From assembly GCA_013203665.1 (NCBI GenBank), contig JABMPU010000108.1, positions 11,092 to 75,091 of the forward strand: a stretch of 64,000 nt of DNA, written 5' to 3'. Of the stretch, positions 1-9,303 are shown piece after piece. Source of the DNA: Armatimonadota bacterium (GTDB taxonomy: Bacteria > Cloacimonadota > Cloacimonadia > Cloacimonadales > TCS61). How positions within the stretch are numbered: the first letter of the stretch is position 1; each line of letters begins with the position of its first letter. Below the pieces are notes generated by a model. That model made no database searches, was not told the origin of the DNA, and saw nothing but the letters and a program-made list of their open reading frames with translations. The translations under genes and the position numbers were made by a program.

Positions 1-1251
1 TGAATTAAACAATGTGGCAACCATCAGATTAACACCAGTTAAAACTCCCCTCTCGTCTGATTCATAGTGATGGATCAAAGTTCCTCGTGGTGCTTCTACA
101 ATTCCAATTCCTTCTTTGGGAGTCTGGAGATTCATATTACGAGTATTAGGTGAGACCAATTCTTCCGAATTGACAAGTTCGTTAATTCTTTCAGCAGCAT
201 AAAGGATCTCAACTAATCTAGCCCAATGGTAAGCGAGAGTGTTATGACATGGTTTTCCACCTACTGTAGAATACATTCTTTCATATTCCTGTTGAGCAAA
301 AGGAGTAGCCATACCGTCGGCAGCATTAAGTCTTGCCAGGGGGGCAACTCTCACAATACCGCTGTTAACACCATCAATAAAACCCTTCCAGCCGATCTTT
401 CGCAGATATGGGAACTTGATATAACTCCAATCCTCAACATGTTCAGCAATAATATCCGCATAGTCATCCGGTGCAAAAAGTTCTACCGGATTACCTTCCG
501 GATCGACGATCCTGATCTTTCCATCATAGAAATTGACCTTGTTATTTTCATCGACCATTCCCATATAATAAGTTTTATGATAATAAGTATCAGACAGGAT
601 AAGATCAACATAATCTTTATTTTTTAAAACGATATCATCAAAAGCCTTCAGGGTGAATTTTGCAAACTCGATCGCATCTGCAGCGAATGCTTTGATAACA
701 TCTCTTGTTTCTTCGGTTACTCTTTTTGCCACACCACCCGGAAGCCCGAGAACAGGATGAATAGTTTTTCCGCCAATCTCAGCCATAATATCACGGCAGC
801 GTTTTCTGATGGTAATAACCTGTTTAGCAACATCCACACCAACCTTTTCAATAACACCCAGGATATTCCTTTCTCCAGCAGGAGCATCTGGACCAACAAT
901 AAAATCCGGACCTCCAAGATAGTAAAAGTGAATTGTGTGATCCTCAAACATAAACAAGTTATAAAAGAGTTCACGAATTGCTCTGGCAGTTGGAGTGGGT
1001 TCTACTTTGAAAAGGGAATCCAGGGCTTTGGTCCCCGCCATGTGATGAGCAGTAGGGCAAACACCACAGATACGCGATGTTATTTGAGGCATATCTTCTG
1101 CAGGTCTTCCCACGCAAAAAGCTTCAAATCCGCGAAGTTCCGGTACTTGGAAAAAAGCTCTTTCCACATCACCCTTATCATCAAGGATAATTGTTATTTT
1201 ACCATGACCTTCCAGCCTGGTGATAGGATCAATAGTAATAGTTTTACTCAT
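1..1251 (-). CDS. mvhA: [NiFe]-hydrogenase large subunit, group 3c MvhA-like (C-terminus runs off the window)
   Basis: Absent from the ORF track because it is open at the window edge. My translation from ATG at 1251 gives MSKTITIDPITRLEGHGKITIILDD...SRICGVCPTAHH (N-terminal RxCGxCxxxH Ni-Fe ligand motif)...EAPRGTLIHHY. The start overlaps the small-subunit stop by 8 nt. Confidence 0.85.
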   Translation of the reverse strand, partial: MSKTITIDPITRLEGHGKITIILDDKGDVERAFFQVPELRGFEAFCVGRPAEDMPQITSRICGVCPTAHHMAGTKALDSLFKVEPTPTARAIRELFYNLFMFEDHTIHFYYLGGPDFIVGPDAPAGERNILGVIEKVGVDVAKQVITIRKRCRDIMAEIGGKTIHPVLGLPGGVAKRVTEETRDVIKAFAADAIEFAKFTLKAFDDIVLKNKDYVDLILSDTYYHKTYYMGMVDENNKVNFYDGKIRIVDPEGNPVELFAPDDYADIIAEHVEDWSYIKFPYLRKIGWKGFIDGVNSGIVRVAPLARLNAADGMATPFAQQEYERMYSTVGGKPCHNTLAYHWARLVEILYAAERINELVNSEELVSPNTRNMNLQTPKEGIGIVEAPRGTLIHHYESDERGVLTGVNLMVATLFNS

Positions 1252-2221
1252 CTTCTTCCTCCTTGCGAGCACTGCCAAGCATAGATGCAGCTAAGCCATA
1301 CCTGTAAAAAGTTCCGGCAGGATCAACCGCTCCCTCAATAACTTTATCAATAGCTTCTTCTTCTTCACCTTCTAAGATCGCTCCCAGAGTGCCTATCATT
1401 TTAGCTCCCTGATCTTTGCAGGAATCGGTGGGACCAAAACATCCGGTACAGGGCATATTCCCATTAATGCAGGAAGCTCCGCAACCATCTCTTGTGGCAG
1501 GTCCCATACAGATTATACCCTGAGCGAGAAAGCATTTTTCCGGATCAAGTTCAATGTCGATTACCCGTTTTATTTCCGAAATTTCAACATCTTCCGGTTT
1601 ACTCTCATTTCTATCACAGGAATTGCATAAAGATTTATCCGGTGATAAGATCGCTCCTTTGGGAGGTAATTTGCCCTCAAGAATTGCATTAACAGCATTT
1701 GCAATAAGCTCGGGAGTGGGAGGACAACCTGGTAAGTAATAGTCAACATCGATCACATCAGCCAGCTTATATACAGTTTTATAAAATTCAGGAAGAGTAA
1801 GTTCGTAACCATCTATCACTGATTTAGTTTTGGGAATAATTCCATCAGGATTAACGACTGTAGGAGATTTCAAATAAGAACGTTTAAATATCTTTTTCTT
1901 AGATGTAAGGTTTGCTAACGCAGGAATCCCGCCAAGGGAAGCGCAACTTCCGAAAGCAACAACGAGTCCTGATTTTTTTCTAAGAAGTTTCGCCATCTTC
2001 TTTTGCTCTTCTGTTCTTATCGCTCCATTGATAAATGAAACTGCGATACTACCCTCTTCCATTGCTTTAATATCTTTATATTTGAAATCCAGAGCTACAG
2101 GCCAGAGTATAATATCAACGGCAGCAACCACATCGAGAATATTTTCTGCCAGGTCAACTACAGCTTCTTCGCATCCTCCACAGGATGCACACCAATAAAA
2201 TGCAACTTTTGGTTTAGCCAT
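1244..2221 (-). CDS. mvhG: [NiFe]-hydrogenase small subunit, MvhG-like
   Basis: 325 aa. N-terminus KVAFYWCASCGGCEEAV and later GSCASLGGIP, YLPGCPP and C-terminal Cys clusters typical of group 3 small subunits. Translationally coupled to the flanking genes. Confidence 0.85.
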   Translation of the reverse strand: MAKPKVAFYWCASCGGCEEAVVDLAENILDVVAAVDIILWPVALDFKYKDIKAMEEGSIAVSFINGAIRTEEQKKMAKLLRKKSGLVVAFGSCASLGGIPALANLTSKKKIFKRSYLKSPTVVNPDGIIPKTKSVIDGYELTLPEFYKTVYKLADVIDVDYYLPGCPPTPELIANAVNAILEGKLPPKGAILSPDKSLCNSCDRNESKPEDVEISEIKRVIDIELDPEKCFLAQGIICMGPATRDGCGASCINGNMPCTGCFGPTDSCKDQGAKMIGTLGAILEGEEEEAIDKVIEGAVDPAGTFYRYGLAASMLGSARKEEEDE

Positions 2222-2652
2222 TATTTACCTCCCTGTTCAACATAACCTGTTATGTGTAATGGACCAAGTTCTTTAACGGTTTCGGCCATATCATTAACAA
2301 CTTTCTGGAATAATGCTGCTTCACCGGCAGCTACCCAATCGAGTTTTAATCGTTTATCGTTTATTCCAAACTGTGATAATGTTTTTTTAAGTAATTTATA
2401 ACGTTTTAATGCTTTCACATTTCCAGTTCTATAATGGCAATCACCCGGATGACAGCCAAGGATCATAACTCCATCAGCTCCTTCCCTGTAAGCATCCATA
2501 ACAAATTGCGGATCAACACGACCGCTGCACATCACCCTTATGAGTTTTACATTTGCGGGATAATTCAACTTTAGCGCTCCCGCCTTGTCAGCTCCGGCGT
2601 ATGAACACCAGTTGCAGACAAACGCTACTATTTTTGGATTGAAATCAGACAT
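2221..2652 (-). CDS. mvhD: methyl-viologen-reducing hydrogenase delta subunit (MvhD/FlpD family)
   Basis: 143 aa. KIVAFVCNWCSYAGAD...RVMCSGRVDP...GADGVMILGCHPGDCHY is the MvhD signature. Overlaps hdrA and mvhG. Confidence 0.85.
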   Translation of the reverse strand: MSDFNPKIVAFVCNWCSYAGADKAGALKLNYPANVKLIRVMCSGRVDPQFVMDAYREGADGVMILGCHPGDCHYRTGNVKALKRYKLLKKTLSQFGINDKRLKLDWVAAGEAALFQKVVNDMAETVKELGPLHITGYVEQGGK

Positions 2653-4591
2653 TTAGCAATCCTCCTATTTCTGCAAATATTTGTTTATCGGTGAAATACT
2701 TTGCCTTAGCAGCACCGCTTGGGCAGGTAGCCGCACATGTACCGCAGCCACGGCATATTGCCTCGATGACCTTGCTGATGTTTTCTTCAGCGTCATATTC
2801 TATCGCCTTGAATGGGCAAACGGTGATGCAAAGCTTGCAGCCACCGCATTTGTCCTCGTCAATGACTGTTGTCATCATTTCGAGTTCAATCTCGCGTCCG
2901 GGCACAAGTTTGCTTATGGCATCTCCAACGGTAGCTTGCGCTCTTGTTACGGATTCAGCTACATCGCATGGACCTGCAGCACTCCCAGCGATATAGATGC
3001 AGTCAACCGATGCACATGTAGCGTGCAAAAGCTCATGATCAGACTGGAAAAAACCGTTCTTTCCTATGTCGATATTAAGCATTTCCGCAAGCGCTTCCGT
3101 TCCTTTTGCGGGCTTCACTCCTGTTGAAAGTACAACCATATCCACTTCGAGCAGGATTCCAGCGCCTTCAATGGCGATCTTATCGTTCCTTTCATAAATC
3201 TTGATGGATGTATGGTCGGTCTTGACGAATTCAGTTCCTCCATCGAGTTGCTTCCTGTAGAAATCATTTGCTGCTGGACCCGTGAATACGAGGTCATTGT
3301 GAATATTGATGACTCTAACATCTGGTATCTGCTTGCGCGCCAGCTCACCTACCTTCGCAGCCCTGATGCAGCATGTTCCGGAGCAATAGGGAATGCCATT
3401 CTCCCTGAGCGAGTCAGCACAATGAATAACAGCGATAGATGTGGGTTCTTCACCGTTCTTAAGCTTGATTTTACTTCCGGTTGGTCCATTTGAACACGTG
3501 AGTCGTTCGAATTCACGAATCGTATAGACATTTTCGATCTTCCTATAGCCCATCTCTTCGATGACTGAAGGATCGCCGGTTTCAAAGCCGGTAGCAATAA
3601 CTATCGCGCCGACTTCCGCCACGATTTCTTCATCTTTCTCATCGAAGTTGATCGAACCGAAGGGACATGCACCAATGCAGGCATTGCAAGAGTCATCAAT
3701 GAAATGTTTGCATATATCTTTATCGATGACTGCCATTGCTGGAACGGCACCAGGGAAAAGTGTGTATATTGCATTCCTTGTGCTCAGTTCAAGATTGAAT
3801 TCGCTCGGAACAGTCACAGGGCATACTTCAAAGCAAGCGTCACAGCCGATACAGCTATCATCGACATACCTCGCTTTCTTATGGATTTTCACGGTGAAAT
3901 TACCCAGGAATCCCAGCACTTCCGTGACAACCGCATTTGTGATGACAGTGATATTGGGGTCGTCCCTGACTTCGGAGAGTCTTGGAGCCAGAAGGCATGG
4001 CGCACACGCCATATTGGGAGCAATTTCCTCGGTCTTGATGATTTCGCCCCCGAGGGAGATATCCCTTTCCACAATGAAGACCTTCCGACCCGCCTTTGAA
4101 GCGATGAGAGAAGCCTCGATGCCGGCAATCCCGCCACCAATTATCAAAACATCGGTATTGGCTATCATGGTTTGCTTTTCAATATCTTCGGCAAGCTCCG
4201 CTCTCATCATTGCAGCATTGATCAGCGATTTCGCCTTCTCCGTCGCCTTCACCTTATCCGGTGTAACCCATGCGCAGTGTTCGCGGATGTTTACCATCTG
4301 GATATGACCGATGTTCAGTCCAGCTTCTGCAGCGAGATCTTGAAATGTTACCTCGTGCTGGTGAGGTGAGCAGGCGGCAATGATAACATTCTCCGGCTTG
4401 TTCCGGGCAATCTCCTGCTTGAAGAACTCCTTCCCGTCGGGTGAGCACAACAAACTGTGGACCTCGATAATGTCGATATCTTCCCTTTTCCGTGCCCACT
4501 CCGCGATCGCATCCAAGTCAATAAGATTAGAAATGTTCGTGCTGCACCCACACAAAAACAGCGCGATCTTTGGTTTTTCTACATTCGTCAT
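2645..4591 (-). CDS. hdrA: heterodisulfide reductase subunit A-like flavoprotein (HdrA)
   Basis: 648 aa. FAD fold DVLIIGGGIAGIEASL and four ferredoxin-type motifs (CIGCDACFEVCP, CNACIGACP, CGGCKLCITVCP, CRGCGTCAATCP). Cys-rich N-terminal domain. Confidence 0.85.
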   Translation of the reverse strand: MTNVEKPKIALFLCGCSTNISNLIDLDAIAEWARKREDIDIIEVHSLLCSPDGKEFFKQEIARNKPENVIIAACSPHQHEVTFQDLAAEAGLNIGHIQMVNIREHCAWVTPDKVKATEKAKSLINAAMMRAELAEDIEKQTMIANTDVLIIGGGIAGIEASLIASKAGRKVFIVERDISLGGEIIKTEEIAPNMACAPCLLAPRLSEVRDDPNITVITNAVVTEVLGFLGNFTVKIHKKARYVDDSCIGCDACFEVCPVTVPSEFNLELSTRNAIYTLFPGAVPAMAVIDKDICKHFIDDSCNACIGACPFGSINFDEKDEEIVAEVGAIVIATGFETGDPSVIEEMGYRKIENVYTIREFERLTCSNGPTGSKIKLKNGEEPTSIAVIHCADSLRENGIPYCSGTCCIRAAKVGELARKQIPDVRVINIHNDLVFTGPAANDFYRKQLDGGTEFVKTDHTSIKIYERNDKIAIEGAGILLEVDMVVLSTGVKPAKGTEALAEMLNIDIGKNGFFQSDHELLHATCASVDCIYIAGSAAGPCDVAESVTRAQATVGDAISKLVPGREIELEMMTTVIDEDKCGGCKLCITVCPFKAIEYDAEENISKVIEAICRGCGTCAATCPSGAAKAKYFTDKQIFAEIGGLLNV

Positions 4592-4640
4592 AAATTTCCT
4601 CCCTTTCTTTTTCTAAATGCAATATTCTATCAATCAATAT

Positions 4641-5138
4641 TTAATGAACTGTTGAATCCAGTTCAATCCACAAGAGGATTTCTTTGCGAATCCTCTTTAC
4701 AACATTATCTACACAAGCATTTACACTCGCTGTTAATTGCTCTGATAAAGTAGTAACATCTGCAGATTCAATACCCAGAATGATGAAATCTTCCGGCATT
4801 TTATATCCGCATTTTTTTCCTGTTTTAATAGTTGTAGGCAAATTCAATGAGTGAGAATTAACAGGATTTAACTGTGTAAGATGCTCGAAATCTTCTATAG
4901 TGAACGTTAGACATGTTCCCGGTTTGCTTTTCCGTGTTACAATACTATCTACCACCAATAACCTGTTGTAACCATTTATATCATAAAGAAGGTCAAATCC
5001 ACCGGAATGGTTTTCTTTGAAATCTACGTGCTCTTTCAGATCAGAGAGTAATTCCTGTGCTCTTCTAACTATGAACAGTCCTACAGCATCATCACTTAAA
5101 ATTGAATTTCCAAGTCCTAAAATAAGATTTTTTTTCAT
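4641..5138 (-). CDS. hydrogenase maturation endopeptidase (HycI/FrhD/HoxW family)
   Basis: KNLILGLGNSILSDDAVGLFIV is the family N-terminus. I prefer ATG at 5138 (MKKNLILG...); the track start at 5156 is an alternative. Confidence 0.75.
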   Translation of the reverse strand: MKKNLILGLGNSILSDDAVGLFIVRRAQELLSDLKEHVDFKENHSGGFDLLYDINGYNRLLVVDSIVTRKSKPGTCLTFTIEDFEHLTQLNPVNSHSLNLPTTIKTGKKCGYKMPEDFIILGIESADVTTLSEQLTASVNACVDNVVKRIRKEILLWIELDSTVH

Positions 5139-5513
5139 GATTTGTTTATTATTCAAAAAAATCTATTATTTGAATGGTAGTAAAAAAAATTGATATTCTG
5201 CGAATATTCTCTTTGAGATTTCTTACCCAATGTTTCATTGAAACTGAGTAAAATTTCATAAATTTCCTATTAAATTTTTTACTTTCTTAACTATTAAAAG
5301 ACGGAAATATTTTTTGCCGATATGATGATGTCAAGCCTTTTTTACTATATTTTATTTTCAGATAGGATGAAATTATTCACGCCTGCTAAATATTTGTTTT
5401 CAGAAAACTCGCCAATTAAATCTGTGTTTATCTTCCGTCCCATTCTAACAAAATATAGCTTGACTTTAAATTCTAAAAAAAAGTTATATTCACTGGAAGG
5501 GAGAAATCCAGGG

Positions 5514-7763
5514 ATGTTGAAAATTGAGATAAACGGAATCGTTCAAGGTGTGGGATTCAGACCATTCGTATATAAAACTGCAATAGAATTGGATCTAAAA
5601 GGATATGTTCTGAACTCGACATCCGGGATTGAGATTGAAGCCTGTGGTACGGAAAAGAACCTGGAATTATTTGTCGAGAGAATAAAAAAAGAACATCCCC
5701 CTGCTGCATTTATCAGGGAATTCCATATCGAGAAAAAAGATGATGTTCCCTGCACGGAATTTACCATCCAACAAAGCCGAAACAGAAAAGGTTCCACCCA
5801 GATATCCCCCGACCTTGCTGTTTGTGAAGATTGTGCTAAAGAATTATTTGATAAGTCCGATCCACGTTTTAACTATGCTTTCATAAATTGCACAAATTGC
5901 GGTCCCCGCTATTCGATAATTGAAAATACACCTTACGATCGTCCTGTCACTTCTATGAAAAATTTTGATATGTGCGACTACTGCAATAGTGAATATACTG
6001 ATCCTCTGAATAGAAGATTTCACGCTCAACCGATCGCCTGTCCAACCTGTGGTCCTCAATTGAAATTTCTGGATAGGAATTTTGAGGAAATTACAGGTGA
6101 CCCAATCTCAAATACAATTAAGTTTCTTAAAGATGGAAAAATAATCGGAATAAAAGGCATCGGCGGATTTCATATTGCCTGCGATGCTACGAATTGTGAA
6201 ACTGTTTCCGAACTACGGAAAAGAAAAGACCGTCCGCACAAACCTTTTGCTGTGATATGTCATCCTGAAAAAATATCTGAAGTTGTAGAAATAAATGAAG
6301 AACAATTTGAACTGCTGAAATCACCTGCAGCACCGATTGTTATTTTGCCAAAGAAAGAAAGCAGTTCAATACAAAATAATGTAGCTCCTCAAAATCCAAA
6401 CATGGGAGTCTTTCTGCCTTACACACCAATCCATCATCAAATCCTGAGCAATGAACTTCCCTACTTGATAATGACTTCCGGTAACTTCCACGACGAGCCC
6501 ATCGCTGCAGAAGAAAAAGAGCTGAGCGGTCTTTGTGGTTTCTTTCTGACCCATAATCGTCCCATCCTGAACCGTAGTGACGATTCGGTGATACGCGCTT
6601 CCAAACCGCAAAATGTGATGATGCGAAGATCCCGCGGATATGTCCCGTCTCCCATAAAACTTCCTTTTAAAACCGTTCAGACGCTTGGTGCTGGCGCAGA
6701 ATTGAAAATAACTTTCGCACTCAGCAAACACGATTCCTTTTTTCTTTCTCCTTACATTGGAAATTCCAACAGCAAGCAAACGTTGGATTTTTACACGGAT
6801 ACACTGGAAAAATATAAGAAATGGTTCGAGCTTGAACCGGAGTTGGTAGTCTGTGATCTTCATCCTGATTATATGACCACTCGATTTGCAGAAAGTACAG
6901 GTCTGCCTTTGAAGAAAGTCCAGCATCATCACGCTCATATTGCTGCTGTAATGGCAGAACATCACCTGGATGAACCGGTGATCGGTATCGCTTATGACGG
7001 CACAGGTTACGGAACTGACGGAACTATCTGGGGCGGCGAAATATTCCTGGCAGATTACGCAAAATTTGAACGATTATTTCATCTGAATTATATGCCGCTT
7101 CCCGGTGGAGATGCTGCCATAAAACATCCCATCAGGATAGCTTATGCTTATTTATTGGAATCCGGAATTGACCCGGGTTTTCTGAAAAATATCTCCGATA
7201 TCGAGAAGAGAATTATTTCAAAACAGATAGAAAATAAATTCAATATTTTCCAGACTTCCAGTATGGGAAGATTATTTGATTGTGTTGCTGCAATGCTCGG
7301 TCTTTTTCCTGAGATCACTTTTGAAGCCCAATCTGCTATGGCACTGGAATTTCTAAGTGGAGAAAAATGCATTTCAAGTAGAGTCAATTATCCTTACAAT
7401 TTAGCAGAAGATACGATAGACATTATCCCTTTGATCCGGGCTGTTGCAAACGATGTTCAAAGAAAAGAACCTCTACACAAAATTGCAGAGAAATTTCATA
7501 GTACTATTATTAATTTTACATTGGATGCAGTTAAAAAAGCACACAGAAAAACAGGGATTAAGAAAGTGGTTCTTTCAGGTGGGGTAATGCAGAATAAAGT
7601 CCTTCTGGAAGGGATCAGCAAGGTTTTAACGAAAAATAACTTTACAGTTTTTGTGCCCTCGATTTTACCCCCTAATGATGGTTCGATATCTGTTGGTCAG
7701 GTGGTAATTGGGAATGGAAAATTAGAAATTAGAAATTTGAAGAAGGAAAAAATATGTGTTTAG
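5514..7763 (+). CDS. hypF: carbamoyltransferase HypF
   Basis: Acylphosphatase-like GIVQGVGFRPFVY. Two Zn-finger pairs (CEDCAKEL..CTNCGPRYS, CDYCNSEY..CPTCGP). YrdC-like and Kae1-like domains. ATG at 5514 is preceded by GGAAGGGAGA; the track start at 5322 reads through an AT-rich leader. Confidence 0.9.
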   Translation: MLKIEINGIVQGVGFRPFVYKTAIELDLKGYVLNSTSGIEIEACGTEKNLELFVERIKKEHPPAAFIREFHIEKKDDVPCTEFTIQQSRNRKGSTQISPDLAVCEDCAKELFDKSDPRFNYAFINCTNCGPRYSIIENTPYDRPVTSMKNFDMCDYCNSEYTDPLNRRFHAQPIACPTCGPQLKFLDRNFEEITGDPISNTIKFLKDGKIIGIKGIGGFHIACDATNCETVSELRKRKDRPHKPFAVICHPEKISEVVEINEEQFELLKSPAAPIVILPKKESSSIQNNVAPQNPNMGVFLPYTPIHHQILSNELPYLIMTSGNFHDEPIAAEEKELSGLCGFFLTHNRPILNRSDDSVIRASKPQNVMMRRSRGYVPSPIKLPFKTVQTLGAGAELKITFALSKHDSFFLSPYIGNSNSKQTLDFYTDTLEKYKKWFELEPELVVCDLHPDYMTTRFAESTGLPLKKVQHHHAHIAAVMAEHHLDEPVIGIAYDGTGYGTDGTIWGGEIFLADYAKFERLFHLNYMPLPGGDAAIKHPIRIAYAYLLESGIDPGFLKNISDIEKRIISKQIENKFNIFQTSSMGRLFDCVAAMLGLFPEITFEAQSAMALEFLSGEKCISSRVNYPYNLAEDTIDIIPLIRAVANDVQRKEPLHKIAEKFHSTIINFTLDAVKKAHRKTGIKKVVLSGGVMQNKVLLEGISKVLTKNNFTVFVPSILPPNDGSISVGQVVIGNGKLEIRNLKKEKICV

Positions 7764-7969
7764 CAATACCGGGAAAACTTATAAAAAAAGAAAATGAAAA
7801 AGGCATCGTAGATCTGGGTGGAGTGAACAAAGAGATATCTCTTACATTCATTCCGGAAGTTAAAGAAGGTGATTGGGTCATCATTCACACCGGATTTGGA
7901 TTGAACATCATTTCCGAAGAAGAAGCAAATGAAACATTAGCGATTTTGAAGGAAGTTTATGCACCTTAA
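7754..7969 (+). CDS. hypC: hydrogenase assembly chaperone HypC
   Basis: 71 aa starting MCLAIPGK (conserved Cys2). Overlaps hypF and hypD. Confidence 0.9.
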   Translation: MCLAIPGKLIKKENEKGIVDLGGVNKEISLTFIPEVKEGDWVIIHTGFGLNIISEEEANETLAILKEVYAP

Positions 7970-9017
7970 TAATTTCAGAAATCCCGAACTTATTAAAAAG
8001 ATCGTTACTGAACTGCAAGGTTGGAAAAAACCAGTCAAATTTATGGAAGTTTGTGGTTCTCACACGATGGCTATCGGTCACTGGGGAATTCGCAAGCTAT
8101 TACCAAAATCAATTTCATTAATTTCTGGTCCGGGTTGTCCGGTTTGCGTAACTCCTTCTTCCGTTATTGATTCATTGATAGATTTGAAAGATGTGACAAT
8201 CGCTACTTTTGGAGATCTAGTCCGCGTTCCCGGAAATAAAGGAACACTGGAACAAGCACGTGCAAAAGGTCTGGACGTTCGCATGATATATTCACCGATG
8301 GAAGCACTGGAGATGGCAAAAGAAAAAGAAACCGTTTTCGTGGGAATTGGCTTTGAAACAACTATTCCCGGAATAGCATATACTATTTTGGAAGCTTCCA
8401 GACAAAACCTGAAAAATTTCTCAGTTCTTCCTGCTTTTAAATTAGTTCCTCCCGCTCTGGATGCACTTCTTTCTGCCAAAGATACTAATTTTGACGGATT
8501 CATCCTGCCCGGGCATGTAAGTGTGATCATTGGTGCAGATGCCTACAATCTGCTTCCAGAAAAATTCGGGATAGGTGGAGTAGTTACAGGATTTGAACCG
8601 TTGGATATCCTGATCGGGATTGAAAAGCTGACTAACCAGATAAAGAATAACGAGCCAAAAATCGAGAATGAATATAGCCGCGTGGTTTCTTCATCTGGTA
8701 ACCTGCAAGCTCAAAAAATTATTGATAAAGTATTACAGGTAGAAGATGCTCTGTGGCGAGGTTTAGGCTGGATACCAATGTCCGGTCTGGGGATCAGAAA
8801 AGATTTTGAAGAATTCGATGCTATCATGAAATATGGAGTCGAAATTACAGATACGGAAAAACAAACCGGCTGCAGATGCGGTGATGTTCTAAAAGGAAAG
8901 ATAATCCCGTCGGAATGCCCGCTGTTTGGAAAAGCCTGCCTGCCAAATAATCCGATAGGACCCTGCATGGTTTCCTCGGAAGGCAGCTGTGCAGCGTATT
9001 ATAAATATGAAAGATAA
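7959..9017 (+). CDS. hypD: hydrogenase formation protein HypD
   Basis: 352 aa with MEVCGSHT, GPGCPVCVTP and a C-terminal Cys cluster. Confidence 0.9.
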   Translation: MHLNNFRNPELIKKIVTELQGWKKPVKFMEVCGSHTMAIGHWGIRKLLPKSISLISGPGCPVCVTPSSVIDSLIDLKDVTIATFGDLVRVPGNKGTLEQARAKGLDVRMIYSPMEALEMAKEKETVFVGIGFETTIPGIAYTILEASRQNLKNFSVLPAFKLVPPALDALLSAKDTNFDGFILPGHVSVIIGADAYNLLPEKFGIGGVVTGFEPLDILIGIEKLTNQIKNNEPKIENEYSRVVSSSGNLQAQKIIDKVLQVEDALWRGLGWIPMSGLGIRKDFEEFDAIMKYGVEITDTEKQTGCRCGDVLKGKIIPSECPLFGKACLPNNPIGPCMVSSEGSCAAYYKYER

Positions 9018-9234
9018 TTTAGCTCACGGATTGGCACGGATGAAACGGATAAAAAATATAACCACAGAGCACACGGAGAACACAGAGAAAAACCCTGCGA
9101 ATTGTTACAAACAGAGAATTTTTTTCAACTGAACATTCGCAATGGTTAGCACTACTTCTCGACCATTACGGAGATTTTCAACCATCCGTAAGGTCTTACA
9201 TCTTCAATGAATTCAGTGTTTTCGGTGTTTAAAT

Positions 9235-9263
9235 TATCAGTGTTTATCAGTGTTTATCAGTGA
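9235..9263. repeat. tandem 10-nt repeat TATCAGTGTT, about 2.9 copies
   Basis: Read directly: tatcagtgtt tatcagtgtt tatcagtga, inside the hypD-hypE spacer. Confidence 0.8.
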
Positions 9264-9272
9264 CTAATTTCC

Positions 9273-9299
9273 CTTTGTGCCTTAGTGTCTTGGTGGTGA
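9273..9299 (+). repeat. 27-nt GTG-periodic leader motif directly upstream of the hypE start
   Basis: CTTTGTGCCTTAGTGTCTTGGTGGTGA matches the reverse complement of 46164-46190 (CTTTGTGTCTTAGTGCCTTTGTGGCGA) at 23 of 27 positions. Both copies sit just 5' of a start codon in the sense orientation. Confidence 0.75.
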
Positions 9300-9303
9300 A
9301 AAT

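Noticed and set aside
2645-4591. Selenocysteine recoding in hdrA/mvhD/mvhA, as seen in some Hdr/Mvh systems
   Set aside because: All of these frames are continuous without in-frame TGA. Cys occupies the expected ligand positions.
226-4753. Many plus-strand ORFs of 60-250 aa in the track over the hydrogenase/hdrA genes (for example 226-627, 757-1284, 2681-3127, 3561-4307). Similar antisense ORFs occur elsewhere (6366-6965, 8078-8530, 18285-18977, 21558-22022, 26442-26894, 41878-42348).
   Set aside because: These are shadow ORFs antisense or out of frame to strongly supported genes. Their translations are low-complexity, with no recognisable motifs.
5322-5513. N-terminal extension of HypF given in the ORF track. 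The same issue applies to 42919-42987 (AhcY), 46155-46313 (oxidoreductase), 13573-13635, 26322-26420, 27237-27263, 38289-38312, 39569-39634 and 48341-48397.
   Set aside because: The extensions read through AT-rich leaders, repeats or the upstream gene. Internal starts with an RBS and family-typical N-termini are better supported.
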